Shown in pieces: positions 19,327 through 28,319 of a stretch of 59,943 nt of DNA. The notes beneath the pieces were generated by a model. That model made no database searches, had not been told where the DNA came from, and worked only from the letters and a program-made list of their open reading frames with translations. Every line of letters starts with the position of its first letter. Position 1 is the first letter of the stretch. Both the position numbers and the translations under genes were made by a program. This DNA comes from an uncultured virus (IMG/VR IMGVR_UViG_3300012277_000001) (Duplodnaviria > Heunggongvirae > Uroviricota > Caudoviricetes): the IMG/VR virus record IMGVR_UViG_3300012277_000001, positions 248,001-307,943 of that record; one strand, given 5' to 3'.

Positions 19327-19578
19327 ATGTTCCGTACTCTGCTTGTTTGGTTTATTTGTGTGCTTGCCACACTGATATCGGTATTACTGGCTCACGTAGG
19401 CATTATGGTGTTCGAAATCCTCATTCGATTGCCGGGCAAAGCCTCAATTACTTTGCTGGTGGCTACTCTATTGCCCATTTTCTTTCTAGGCTTTATGTCT
19501 GTCTGCCTTGCCTTCCTGTCTATTTGGACAATCAAGCGGCTGTTTCGTAAGCCTGCAACCCTTCCGGATTTCATGTAG
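19327..19578 (+). CDS. Small membrane protein (2 TM), holin-like topology
   Basis: SD AAGGA; two long hydrophobic helices and a KRLFRK tail. Confidence 0.55.
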   Translation: MFRTLLVWFICVLATLISVLLAHVGIMVFEILIRLPGKASITLLVATLLPIFFLGFMSVCLAFLSIWTIKRLFRKPATLPDFM

Positions 19579-19617
19579 TGGCATTTTGCTAATTCGAATC
19601 CAAAGGGCAATAAAAGG

Positions 19618-19631
19618 GTAATTTAATGGTA
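19618..19631 (+). promoter_or_regulatory. Candidate phage late promoter GTAATTTAATGGTA
   Basis: Near-identical to 6517-6530. Confidence 0.45.
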
Positions 19632-19678
19632 GGGTTCGCATTTATTGCGTTCATCTTTCCACCAACAAAGGATCTTTT

Positions 19679-20608
19679 ATGAACGTCCAGAACTATACTG
19701 GCGTGCTGGCTGAGATTGTCGCAGCCATGCAGGAGGCCGGTGATCCCTCTGCGATTCGCCGCATCCAAGTCACCGAAGATGAAATGGATGAAATCGTTAA
19801 ATCTGGCGCGTTCCGGAAAACGACCAATACCCATTATGGCGGTTCTGATACTCCGGTGTTCTCCAACATCGAATCTGGCTCCGACGGTAAAATCATTTCG
19901 ATGTATTTGGGCGGTACGCTGATTTGCCTCGGCCCTTGGCAACCACGCGGTGCACTGGCCACCGTTACCTACGGCCCATTGACTGTTCAGCAAAAAGCAA
20001 AAAGCAAATTCGTCCGTACCGTTGACGGCAAAGATTACATGCTGGTTGGCACCGGCAATCCCGCTGACGATTTTGTACTCGGATCGAACGCTAACATCGA
20101 ACTCGGTTTGGCTGTTCGCAAAGTCAAAGATTCGACCTACTACGGCGACGGCGCAGGCGGCTTCGATATCGAGTTGGACGAAGCACTGGGCGAGTCGTGG
20201 AACTTCGCGGTTACTGTCGGCTCGCTGAAAGACGGTGTAACTGACGTAACGGAAATGTACGACATTTCCCTTTACATCGACACCGATGCTACCGGTGAAG
20301 AAAATGCCATCAAGTGGGATTTGCAGTACACCCCGCGCCTCGACGGCAAAGGCAAAAACTATGCATGGTACAACCAAGGCATTCGCGTAATCAACGACGC
20401 GACGACCAACCCGGACGGCTCCGTTTCGCAGATGATTCAGCGCTACGAATTCCCGTTCATTTCCAACGCACTTCCTGCCGATACCGAGCGCACCAAAACG
20501 GGTGTTCCGCTGGGAATCTATGGCATCAAATTGGAAGCCCGCCCACGCTTGGCAACTGGTGACGCAGTTTCCGTTGAAGTAATGGCGACCGTCGCAAAAA
20601 AGTCGTAA
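19679..20608 (+). CDS. Probable virion structural protein (short, zero-frame product)
   Basis: SD AAGGA; beta-rich; ends GCA AAA AAG TCG TAA. Confidence 0.75.
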   Translation: MNVQNYTGVLAEIVAAMQEAGDPSAIRRIQVTEDEMDEIVKSGAFRKTTNTHYGGSDTPVFSNIESGSDGKIISMYLGGTLICLGPWQPRGALATVTYGPLTVQQKAKSKFVRTVDGKDYMLVGTGNPADDFVLGSNANIELGLAVRKVKDSTYYGDGAGGFDIELDEALGESWNFAVTVGSLKDGVTDVTEMYDISLYIDTDATGEENAIKWDLQYTPRLDGKGKNYAWYNQGIRVINDATTNPDGSVSQMIQRYEFPFISNALPADTERTKTGVPLGIYGIKLEARPRLATGDAVSVEVMATVAKKS

Positions 20609-20649
20609 AACCTGTTCCGCGACGTTCGCTGGTTGTCGGTGGTTCAGGT
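20596..20649 (+). other. Programmed -1 ribosomal frameshift signal (A AAA AAG plus downstream hairpin)
   Basis: Heptamer 20596-20602 is in the correct phase; stem acctg..ccgc.gacg / tgtc.gtgg..caggt at 20610-20649. Confidence 0.8.
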
Positions 20650-21408
20650 ACGACCCAAGATGGAAACGGTTTATACGTTCAGTCTAATGGTTTCGTACCT
20701 GCGTCTGTTGCTGCGGCCATCACTGGTGTTGCTGCCGGTTTAGACCGGTACATCGCCATAGGTTCGCAAGTCTACGAATCGGTCGATAAAACCGAGTGGA
20801 CTGCAATGGATGTAAATCTCGCATTTTCCCAAATTGTTTTCGCCGATAAGTTCTACGCATCTGTAGACGGTGTTGGGATCTATGTATTGGATTCAGACTG
20901 GAAGCTGGTCTATGAGTTTGATGGGAATTTCGTCTGTGCGCGCAACATTGGCCAGCCTGCATTCGGCACTGATCGGGGAACGGTTATCGTCGGCCCTGAA
21001 TGGAGCGAAATTTCTGTAGGTACGGGCCGTGTTTGGTTGACGAATCAAGCGGCAGGATTCCGCTTGGCAACGCACAATGGTGACGTACTGGAAACGTTCG
21101 CCGGTCCCGTGACTTCGCTTGTGTCTGAGGGCACGACGAACATCGAGGGCCTAGACATTTCCGGTTGCTGGTACGATGCAAAAAATGGCTACTCGGTTAT
21201 TTGTGGATCGTTCGGCGGGCAGCCTGTTTTCGCCACGTACAAAAACCGCTGGATCTTCGAGTTCTCGGATCTTGAGGCGCCTGCTGTTTCACTGTGTGAT
21301 GGCTACGTGCTGACCCACGATGCTGTGTACAGCACTACGGATTATTCGAGCTTCAACCTGCTGCACAGGTTCGAACAGTTCGATGCAAAAACTTTGGTGC
21401 TGGTTTGA
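20602..21408 (+). CDS. -1 frame extension (beta-propeller-like); fusion product ~576 aa
   Basis: Frame is open 20578-21405 with no ATG/GTG/TTG before 20806; 20602-20805 translates to protein-like sequence. Confidence 0.75.
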   Translation, partial: VVKPVPRRSLVVGGSGTTQDGNGLYVQSNGFVPASVAAAITGVAAGLDRYIAIGSQVYESVDKTEWTAMDVNLAFSQIVFADKFYASVDGVGIYVLDSDWKLVYEFDGNFVCARNIGQPAFGTDRGTVIVGPEWSEISVGTGRVWLTNQAAGFRLATHNGDVLETFAGPVTSLVSEGTTNIEGLDISGCWYDAKNGYSVICGSFGGQPVFATYKNRWIFEFSDLEAPAVSLCDGYVLTHDAVYSTTDYSSFNLLHRFEQFDAKTLVLV

Positions 21409-21412
21409 AAGT

Positions 21413-21445
21413 GGCCCTCGGTTCTCAAGGAATCGGGGGCTTTTT
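21413..21445 (+). terminator. Intrinsic terminator
   Basis: ggccctcggttc/gaatcgggggc stem plus T5. Confidence 0.8.
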
Positions 21446-21496
21446 CGTTTGCGGAGCATACTGTAAATACTTGTCATACAATCATGGAGTCTCGCT

Positions 21497-21979
21497 ATGA
21501 AAGACCACCTCGATATTTACCATGACATTGCCCGCACAGTAGTCAACTCTGACGATGTTCAATCGTCGTATATTTTCGATTGGGAAATCTTGGGCCAGTC
21601 CGCCGTATGCGAAGTGCTGAACCAACGTGAAATCCACGCGGGATTGAATCCTGCACCGTTGATCCGCCTTGGAATGGCGATGCACGATCGTATCAGCTTC
21701 GAGCCGATTCGCCTGCGTGTGCACACGGTGGATAATCTGGAAAACCGACGCCCGGTCCCGATCTTCCCTCTGGTGATGGCGCTGCGTGTGAAAATGCAGG
21801 AAAGCATGGCTGCTTGGGAAAAGTACAACGGCCCCGATCCGATGTGGTGTATTCGACCGCTGATGCACCAGCTGCATGGGCACTATTTCTACGTGCAGAG
21901 CTACGAAGAAATTTCTTTGAATAGTGAATTCGAATTCAACCTTTCCATCGTCCCTTACTTTGGCAAACTCGATGACTGA
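21497..21979 (+). CDS. Hypothetical protein
   Basis: SD GGAG; preceded by ACTGTAAAT at 21460. Confidence 0.7.
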   Translation: MKDHLDIYHDIARTVVNSDDVQSSYIFDWEILGQSAVCEVLNQREIHAGLNPAPLIRLGMAMHDRISFEPIRLRVHTVDNLENRRPVPIFPLVMALRVKMQESMAAWEKYNGPDPMWCIRPLMHQLHGHYFYVQSYEEISLNSEFEFNLSIVPYFGKLDD

Positions 21980-22628
21980 TCTTAACTCCCGCCTGATCGC
22001 ATATAAATACCACAAAGCCTTCGGTAAATTTTCCGATGACTTGTTCCGTCTGTTCGGCACCGAGCGTAAGAAGCCACATTACGTGGCGCTCAAGTTGGGC
22101 GGGCAGCAATTGTGGTTGCAGCCCCTCGATGTTACGCACCGGCATGAATTGAACATGGTTGAATTGGCTCATATGGGCCACTCGCTACGATTCCCCGGAA
22201 CACCGACAAGGCCGAAGGTCATTGCACGCTTTGCGGCGCGAGGTGATAGCAGCTACTCCAAATTCCTCCTTAATCAGGAGGTGTACCGAACACCTGTGGT
22301 AATTCTTGGCCAGCCGTTCTACTTGACAGACTATTCGCTGGATAATATCCACGAAGGTGAAGCGCTGTTCGAATTTGAACACTTCCAAGATACCTATCTG
22401 TTTTCTTCGCATGTGCAACACCGCGAGAAAGCACGCCGCCTTCAGAAAAACTTCGAACCTCAAACACTTTTTGGTTCGCCTCAATTTGATGCATCTTTGC
22501 TGCGGTGGCGGGACATGAACAACTGGTCGCCACGCAACCGCAAACGACGCGAGACGCGCAAAGTTAACCCTAACTTCGAACCCGACTATGGGTTTGAGTA
22601 CGACTATCCCGAAGAAGAATTCGAATAA
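21972..22628 (+). CDS. Hypothetical protein
   Basis: Overlapping start, operon context. Confidence 0.65.
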   Translation: MTDLNSRLIAYKYHKAFGKFSDDLFRLFGTERKKPHYVALKLGGQQLWLQPLDVTHRHELNMVELAHMGHSLRFPGTPTRPKVIARFAARGDSSYSKFLLNQEVYRTPVVILGQPFYLTDYSLDNIHEGEALFEFEHFQDTYLFSSHVQHREKARRLQKNFEPQTLFGSPQFDASLLRWRDMNNWSPRNRKRRETRKVNPNFEPDYGFEYDYPEEEFE

Positions 22629-22636
22629 GGAACATC

Positions 22637-22978
22637 ATGGAAATTCAAGAACAGCTGGAAGCTGTGCGGGCATATCGCGGTACGGTCCGCGTTACCATCG
22701 GTAACGATACGGTGGACGCTTCCGTTCTTAGTACGCAGCATACACCGGAACAAAAAGGTATACCGGAGCATATCGACGCCTCGTTTCGCTTGGCCGCCAA
22801 GCCGGAACAGCTGATCAGTATCCAACAGCATGTTATTGACGACATGTTGATGCAAAACTTCTGCACGGTTTACGTGCTGGCGCAATCCCGTAGTAGCTGG
22901 ACCTTGCGCGAGACGATAGAACTTGTAAAGAGTGGGCAGAACTATATGTGGCAGATTCACGCGAGGATTTATCTGTGA
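22637..22978 (+). CDS. Hypothetical protein
   Basis: SD AAGGA. Confidence 0.7.
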   Translation: MEIQEQLEAVRAYRGTVRVTIGNDTVDASVLSTQHTPEQKGIPEHIDASFRLAAKPEQLISIQQHVIDDMLMQNFCTVYVLAQSRSSWTLRETIELVKSGQNYMWQIHARIYL

Positions 22979-23427
22979 GTAGCTTTACAACGCCGCTGGT
23001 TGCGGAATTCGAGAACGACGGTATTCATTACGTCATTTGGCAAATCTTCGCCTATGCAATCGGCATGCTGGGTTCCGGAATTGTGGTCAGTGTTCCAGTT
23101 GGCTATCGCACCGATCTGGCGTCCGTGCCGTGGTGGATTCGCTGGCTATTGCCACCGAACGGGAAGTACGGGAAAGCGGCTGTCATTCACGATTACATTT
23201 GCTCGTACAGAACTGTAAATATCAATGGGACCAACGTCTACGTTACGCGTAAGACTGGCGACCTGATCTTCCTCGAAGCCATGGGTGTACTCAATGTTCC
23301 CGCGTGGCAGAAATGGTCGATGTTTGCAGCGGTCCGCGCCTATGCAATTGCGACCGGCATCGACCGGGCGGATCAGAAGAAAGCGGCAAACGATCCGAGC
23401 TATTTTACTGATGTGCTAGCCGCGTAA
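22975..23427 (+). CDS. DUF1353 family protein
   Basis: VP.G..TDLASVP, AAVIHDY, D.IFLEAM..L.V and AVR motifs; GTGA overlap start. Confidence 0.85.
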   Translation: MSSFTTPLVAEFENDGIHYVIWQIFAYAIGMLGSGIVVSVPVGYRTDLASVPWWIRWLLPPNGKYGKAAVIHDYICSYRTVNINGTNVYVTRKTGDLIFLEAMGVLNVPAWQKWSMFAAVRAYAIATGIDRADQKKAANDPSYFTDVLAA

Positions 23428-23436
23428 GGACCGAAA

Positions 23437-23856
23437 ATGACGGACGAAAAACTGGATAAAAAAGAAGCTGAGAAAATACTCCGGCGTCTGGTGGACCAAC
23501 ATACCGAATCCGGTCAACCGTATGACAATTCTTTTTATGAGCTAGGGACAGCGATTGCCCGAGATATCGAAATGATGGCTTGGGGGCCACGGCTTAGTGC
23601 CGGACGTTGGATTATATTTCTGAACGCGTTGAAAAAGAACGACGTAGCAGCTTTGAAAAAGGCTGACGAATCCTACGAAAACTGCTGCCTCGAATTCATC
23701 AAACGTTTTGGCATTGAAGAAATGTGGGAACGTACGCACAGCTTTGATCGGCCTGAATTTCGCCAGCAGCTGGTGGATCAGGGGCTACCTGTCACCTTCA
23801 CCAACCTTGCCCGCGCTGAACTTGCGCGTGTCCTCAAAGAACAGGAATCGAAATGA
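23437..23856 (+). CDS. Hypothetical protein
   Basis: SD AAGGA. Confidence 0.7.
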   Translation: MTDEKLDKKEAEKILRRLVDQHTESGQPYDNSFYELGTAIARDIEMMAWGPRLSAGRWIIFLNALKKNDVAALKKADESYENCCLEFIKRFGIEEMWERTHSFDRPEFRQQLVDQGLPVTFTNLARAELARVLKEQESK

Positions 23857-24200
23857 AAATCTCCCGCGCAATCTCGGAAAAACTTTATGCCGAGGCGCCT
23901 AGCTTGCTGGCACTCCCTATCCAGACTCAAATCGTTCTGGAATCCGTAATCACACATCTGATCTGTGTTACGCAAAACTTCAAAGAAAAACGTTTTGAAA
24001 TCGTGCTGGGTCTGAACAACCCGGAACCTTCCGACACGATCCGCCACATGGCAGAACAGGGCGCCCTGTATTGCGTGTGGCAGGGTATCCACATGCAGCA
24101 AGGCCCTGCGTTCGATCCGGACGAAAACGAATCGGGCTTAGAGCACTGGGAAGTCGATAGTTACGACACCTACCTTACCTTCCAAGTTGAGGTTGAGTAA
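23853..24200 (+). CDS. Hypothetical protein
   Basis: ATGA overlap, SD AGGA. Confidence 0.7.
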   Translation: MKISRAISEKLYAEAPSLLALPIQTQIVLESVITHLICVTQNFKEKRFEIVLGLNNPEPSDTIRHMAEQGALYCVWQGIHMQQGPAFDPDENESGLEHWEVDSYDTYLTFQVEVE

Positions 24201-24757
24201 TGGCTGCTTTCGTCTGTTCCGATTTGCATTTGGGGCACCGCAACATTCCCGCTTATCGCGGGTTTGATTCTCTCGAACAGCATGACGATCTTATCTGCGA
24301 AAACTGGGAAAAAGTAGTGCGTTCCAATAAGCGCGACACTACCTATGTTTTGGGCGATATCGCCTTCAGCAAAGAAGGCTGGTTGCGCTTTGACGAACTA
24401 CCGGGCCGCAAAATTGTGATCCTCGGCAACCACTGCACCGAGCGTGTGGACGTAGGTTTTATCGCCGGACTGAAAACTGTAAACAGTGTACATAGCATGT
24501 ACAGCCATAAGGGCCTGATCATGACCCACGCGCCACTTCATCCGGCGCACCTTCGTGGCAAGCGCAACTTGCACGGTCACTTGCATGCACACCTTGTACA
24601 CAACCGCAAGTTCTTCAATTGTTCCATGGAGCAAATCGGTATGCAGCCGATCAACATGGAAGAGGTTTTCGAAGAGTTCGAACGTCGTCAATCGCTGGCG
24701 TATGTTCGGCGTAAACTGGGCTGGGGCGCCGCTGCGCGTATGCTGATCAATGGGTAA
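24200..24757 (+). CDS. Calcineurin-like metallophosphoesterase
   Basis: SDLHLGH, LGD, LGNH, TH.P and NLHGHLH motifs. Confidence 0.92.
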   Translation: MAAFVCSDLHLGHRNIPAYRGFDSLEQHDDLICENWEKVVRSNKRDTTYVLGDIAFSKEGWLRFDELPGRKIVILGNHCTERVDVGFIAGLKTVNSVHSMYSHKGLIMTHAPLHPAHLRGKRNLHGHLHAHLVHNRKFFNCSMEQIGMQPINMEEVFEEFERRQSLAYVRRKLGWGAAARMLING

Positions 24758-25100
24758 AGTTCTGAAAGGTCGTCAGTTGTTTCTGGCTTCGTTGAAAAAG
24801 CCGCACGCGGATGAAACGTTGTTTCGCCTGTGCCACAAACGGGGATTCATGCAGGCCAACTATTACACGCATAAAACGCGTGATGACAACCCCGAAGATT
24901 TGATGCTGGTCGTGACGGTGTTTTCGCACCAGCATTCGTTGGAACTGCCGGATGAATTTGAGGTCGTTGGCCAGCACGACGAATCCGTAATTATTCCGAT
25001 GCGTCGTGTCCGCCACAAGCGACTGATGCGCGAAAAGTGCGGGTTTGTTTATCTGGTTAAGCTACAAGGCAACACCAGCCAATGGAGCCGTAGCCTCTGA
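24750..25100 (+). CDS. Hypothetical protein
   Basis: Overlapping start in an operon. Confidence 0.6.
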   Translation: MGKVLKGRQLFLASLKKPHADETLFRLCHKRGFMQANYYTHKTRDDNPEDLMLVVTVFSHQHSLELPDEFEVVGQHDESVIIPMRRVRHKRLMREKCGFVYLVKLQGNTSQWSRSL

Positions 25101-25182
25101 AGCAACAAGCGTTAATTAAGGGAATGAATCGGTGTATGCCGAGCAGGATAACTTGGATCACACATCGAACGGAGTAAACAAA

Positions 25183-25749
25183 ATGAATGAACATGTTGAT
25201 GGTATGAATTCCGCACACGCTGCGCCATACGATGTGCAAAACAAAGGCGTGATCGACTGGACCGAAAGCGAGGGCGAACAGGCGGCGCGTATGGCCAAAG
25301 TTCATGAAACTTACGGCGAACAAATCGCACGTGTTCCGGCACACACGCACGAAGAAAACGCACGTAATTTCTTCGACCGCGAACCTGACCAGACTGTGAG
25401 CCGCTGCCAGCGGATTCGCGGCGCCAATCCTGAATTCGTCCACTTCGATGACGCCGCATTCCTGCACAAAGAGCCTGTGAAGAAAGCACGCGGTATGGAC
25501 CCCAACTTCACCGTATACGAAGACATGACTTATCTGTCGGAAAACCCGGCTGACAAGATCGAAAAGATCCTGCAAAAGCTTGAAGACGAAGGCCTCGATG
25601 AACCAACCAACGAACAGCTGGCCGACCACTTCAACCAAAAATTGATTGCTCAAGGCCGTAACCCGGTTTTCAGCGCTCAAATGCTGGCTGCGCAGAATGC
25701 CGCTGCACTGCGTAAGCAGCAACAAAACCGCAAAAAGAAACGCAAATAA
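25183..25749 (+). CDS. Hypothetical protein with basic C-terminal tail
   Basis: SD GGAG at 25171; strong codon bias. Confidence 0.7.
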   Translation: MNEHVDGMNSAHAAPYDVQNKGVIDWTESEGEQAARMAKVHETYGEQIARVPAHTHEENARNFFDREPDQTVSRCQRIRGANPEFVHFDDAAFLHKEPVKKARGMDPNFTVYEDMTYLSENPADKIEKILQKLEDEGLDEPTNEQLADHFNQKLIAQGRNPVFSAQMLAAQNAAALRKQQQNRKKKRK

Positions 25750-25761
25750 ATGGAGATTCTC

Positions 25762-26109
25762 ATGTCGCACAACCAAACCCCGTACGTCGGCGCCCTGACA
25801 GCTTTCTGCAACACCCCTGTGGCAATGACTGTTCACCACGTGGCGTACGCCGAAGACGGCACCATTGAAAATGTGACCTGCGTTTTCTTCACCAAAAACG
25901 GCAAGCTGGATTATGCCAGCGGCAAGCCTGAGTTCTACGTGGGCTTCGGTGAAAGCCTGATCTTCGAAGGCGGCGCATTCGTCGGTGCGTTCAACAACAT
26001 CGAGGACGAAGAAGAACTCGAAGAAGAGGAAGAAGAGGAAGAAGAACTCGAAGACGAAGACCCAGTAAATTCCCAGTACACCGAAGGCGACAACGCCTTG
26101 AACCAGTAA
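25762..26109 (+). CDS. Small protein with poly-acidic C-terminus
   Basis: SD GGAG; EDEEELEEEEEEEEELEDED tract. Confidence 0.7.
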   Translation: MSHNQTPYVGALTAFCNTPVAMTVHHVAYAEDGTIENVTCVFFTKNGKLDYASGKPEFYVGFGESLIFEGGAFVGAFNNIEDEEELEEEEEEEEELEDEDPVNSQYTEGDNALNQ

Positions 26110-26117
26110 ATCCCCAT

Positions 26118-26133
26118 GGGCCAAGGATGGCCC
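26118..26133 (+). promoter_or_regulatory. RsmA/CsrA-type GGA hairpin
   Basis: gggcc-AAGGAT-ggccc; twin at 30201-30216. Confidence 0.6.
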
Positions 26134-26150
26134 AACCTTGAGGAATTTCT

Positions 26151-26477
26151 ATGTCTCTTTTCCAATGTGAAGTTTGTGGCTGTTGCGAAAATACAGCGTT
26201 GGCTGCCCAAGGCTTCAAGATCAGTTTCATGCAGCAACTCTTCGACTGGAGCTACGCACCAGAACGCAAAGGGCTTTTGCTGTGCAGCGCATGTGGCCCG
26301 GTGAAGTATCGTAGTGGTGCGCCTACCGAATACGGCAAATGGCACGACGAATTTCCGCGCAACTTCCTGCCTATGGGTCAGTTCAAAACCAACGACCGGG
26401 GCAACCTCGAACACATCGAGTACGGCGACGAAGATTTCATGGCTTACGAAATTCCTAAGCCTGATCACGTCAAGTAA
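26151..26477 (+). CDS. Zn-finger-like hypothetical phage protein
   Basis: SD GAGGA; CxxCGC..NT and LCSAC motifs. Confidence 0.75.
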   Translation: MSLFQCEVCGCCENTALAAQGFKISFMQQLFDWSYAPERKGLLLCSACGPVKYRSGAPTEYGKWHDEFPRNFLPMGQFKTNDRGNLEHIEYGDEDFMAYEIPKPDHVK

Positions 26478-26482
26478 TCGCC

Positions 26483-26764
26483 ATGAACGAATATATCGTT
26501 TTGTTTGCTGATGATGCGCATGCAGAACGAGCCGGGCTTAGCGCCTGCTACCTAACGACTGTTGCCCAGCTGAAGGCAATTCGTTTGGTTCTTCCCTTCC
26601 TCCCTTGGGGCGTTATTCGTGAGTCCGTTTCGTTCGCACACCTTGTGGGAAATCACTACCATCATAAATCGGTTTCTTCCGACTACACACGAAATTTCTT
26701 GTACGGCGCCACACAATCGGCGGCGAAGCTGAATCTCGTTCCGATACAAATCAACCAGTGGTGA
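26483..26764 (+). CDS. Hypothetical protein
   Basis: Fills the gap between genes. Confidence 0.55.
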   Translation: MNEYIVLFADDAHAERAGLSACYLTTVAQLKAIRLVLPFLPWGVIRESVSFAHLVGNHYHHKSVSSDYTRNFLYGATQSAAKLNLVPIQINQW

Positions 26765-26768
26765 GATT

Positions 26769-27125
26769 ATGAACAGCGAAAAGCTGGCAGGCATTTACGC
26801 TAATCTGTGTAAAGAGGTTGACGAACTGCATGACAAATTCGAAGCCCTGAAAGTTGGGCCTAATGTGCACGTGATGGACCGCTTCCATCTGCTGACTTTC
26901 CGTAAAGCGGCAGGCCCCGTGGACTACAGTGTTTCATCCCTATACACCGTGCCTTATCTGCTGTATGAAATCAATAAAAAGCGCAACGAACGTCGCGACC
27001 TCCAACACAAAATTTTGTGGCTTTCTGATACGGCGGCGCACAAGCAGTTACTTGATGTTCTTAACGGCGAAGAGCAACTAGCTATGCTGACTGCACAAGC
27101 TCAAGCACGCGGCGAGTACAACTGA
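26769..27125 (+). CDS. Hypothetical protein
   Basis: SD GGTGAG; helical. Confidence 0.65.
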   Translation: MNSEKLAGIYANLCKEVDELHDKFEALKVGPNVHVMDRFHLLTFRKAAGPVDYSVSSLYTVPYLLYEINKKRNERRDLQHKILWLSDTAAHKQLLDVLNGEEQLAMLTAQAQARGEYN

Positions 27126-27709
27126 AAAAGTGGACCGGCGTCGGATCACAGAAAACCCCGAAGGTCGTTTGTGAATTGCAGACTTTGTTCGCTGAAACGA
27201 AGCCCAATTCCATTTTACGATCCGGGGCTGCAAAAGGTTCCGATGAAGCATTCGAACTTGGGGCAAAGCATGCGGAAATCTACCTGCCCAATCGCGGGTT
27301 TCGCGGCCACCAAACCGGGATCTATGACTACACGCCCGAGCAAACGGCATGGGGCGAATATCTGGCACAAAAAGTTTACCCAATTGTGATCCAGAATCCC
27401 ATGCACATGCGGCTATTCCGCCGCAACGCATTTCAAGTGGTCGGTCTATCGACATGTGTCGAAGATTCCGACCCTTCAGAATTTTTGATGTGCTGGACGC
27501 CTGACGGCTGCACCAAGCCATCGGAGTACCTACGCGGTAGAACCGGGGGAACCGGAATTGCAATCATGATCGCGTGGGAATTTGACGTTGAAGTCTGGAA
27601 CTTGAGACTGAAGCCGCACATGAAATTGCTGCTGGCACGTCTCGATGATTTCGGCGTCGATATCAAACCTTACAAAGAACGGCTGATGGCCGAGGGACTT
27701 TACGGATGA
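27122..27709 (+). CDS. SLOG/DprA-like nucleotide-binding protein (CTG start proposed)
   Basis: WTGVGSQKTP, LRSGAAKGSD.AFE, RN.FQV.G, CWTPDG and GGTG motifs. Confidence 0.75.
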   Translation: MKKWTGVGSQKTPKVVCELQTLFAETKPNSILRSGAAKGSDEAFELGAKHAEIYLPNRGFRGHQTGIYDYTPEQTAWGEYLAQKVYPIVIQNPMHMRLFRRNAFQVVGLSTCVEDSDPSEFLMCWTPDGCTKPSEYLRGRTGGTGIAIMIAWEFDVEVWNLRLKPHMKLLLARLDDFGVDIKPYKERLMAEGLYG

Positions 27710-28311
27710 ATTTGATCGACCTGCAATACAACATGCTGCAACACTGCAACCGCTACATGGCCGATATTTCGAACATGAAGACCAGCGAAAAGATCCAGCA
27801 TTTTGCGTTGGTGGTTGGCCGTCTTTCCAGCGACTACCATACGAATTCGCCGGTCAAAGATCCGTCCACCAATCATGGTTTGGCCCTGATGTATCCGGTA
27901 CTGGCGCTGTCGAGTATGCTGGGCCTGAACCTCGGCAATCAGTACGAACGGCCAGTAAGCAATCTGTATTTTTGCAGCCTGAATTGGGCGAAGTCTCAAC
28001 ACCAGCGCAATGGCGGCCTGAACCACGACGAACTGCTGATCGAGTATATCGTGGTCATGGGCGAATACTGCAAAGTGGCCGAAGCAATCGACCATATGGA
28101 ACCGATTGATTTCCGCACCGCAACCCACAAAATTCTGGCGCGCCTTTTCAAACTGAGCGTGCAGATTTGTGCTTTCGAGGGGATCTTGGGCGAAGACCTG
28201 CACCGAGCATTCGGGCAATGGGTGCGGCGCATCGAGCGTCGCCATGCGATGTATGAAAATCTCGGTTTCTTCCCGTTCGAAGAAGGCTCCGATCCATACC
28301 CGGTGTTCTGA
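27706..28311 (+). CDS. All-alpha protein, possibly MazG-like NTP pyrophosphatase fold
   Basis: Helical; G...K..E..DH.E pattern. The function call is weak. Confidence 0.4.
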   Translation: MNLIDLQYNMLQHCNRYMADISNMKTSEKIQHFALVVGRLSSDYHTNSPVKDPSTNHGLALMYPVLALSSMLGLNLGNQYERPVSNLYFCSLNWAKSQHQRNGGLNHDELLIEYIVVMGEYCKVAEAIDHMEPIDFRTATHKILARLFKLSVQICAFEGILGEDLHRAFGQWVRRIERRHAMYENLGFFPFEEGSDPYPVF

Positions 28312-28319
28312 GGTCCGCT

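Noticed and set aside
20806..21408. Independent 200-aa gene starting at ATG 20806
   Set aside because: Coding-like sequence extends 68 codons upstream to the slippery site, so it is better explained as the frameshift extension. Weak internal initiation is not excluded.
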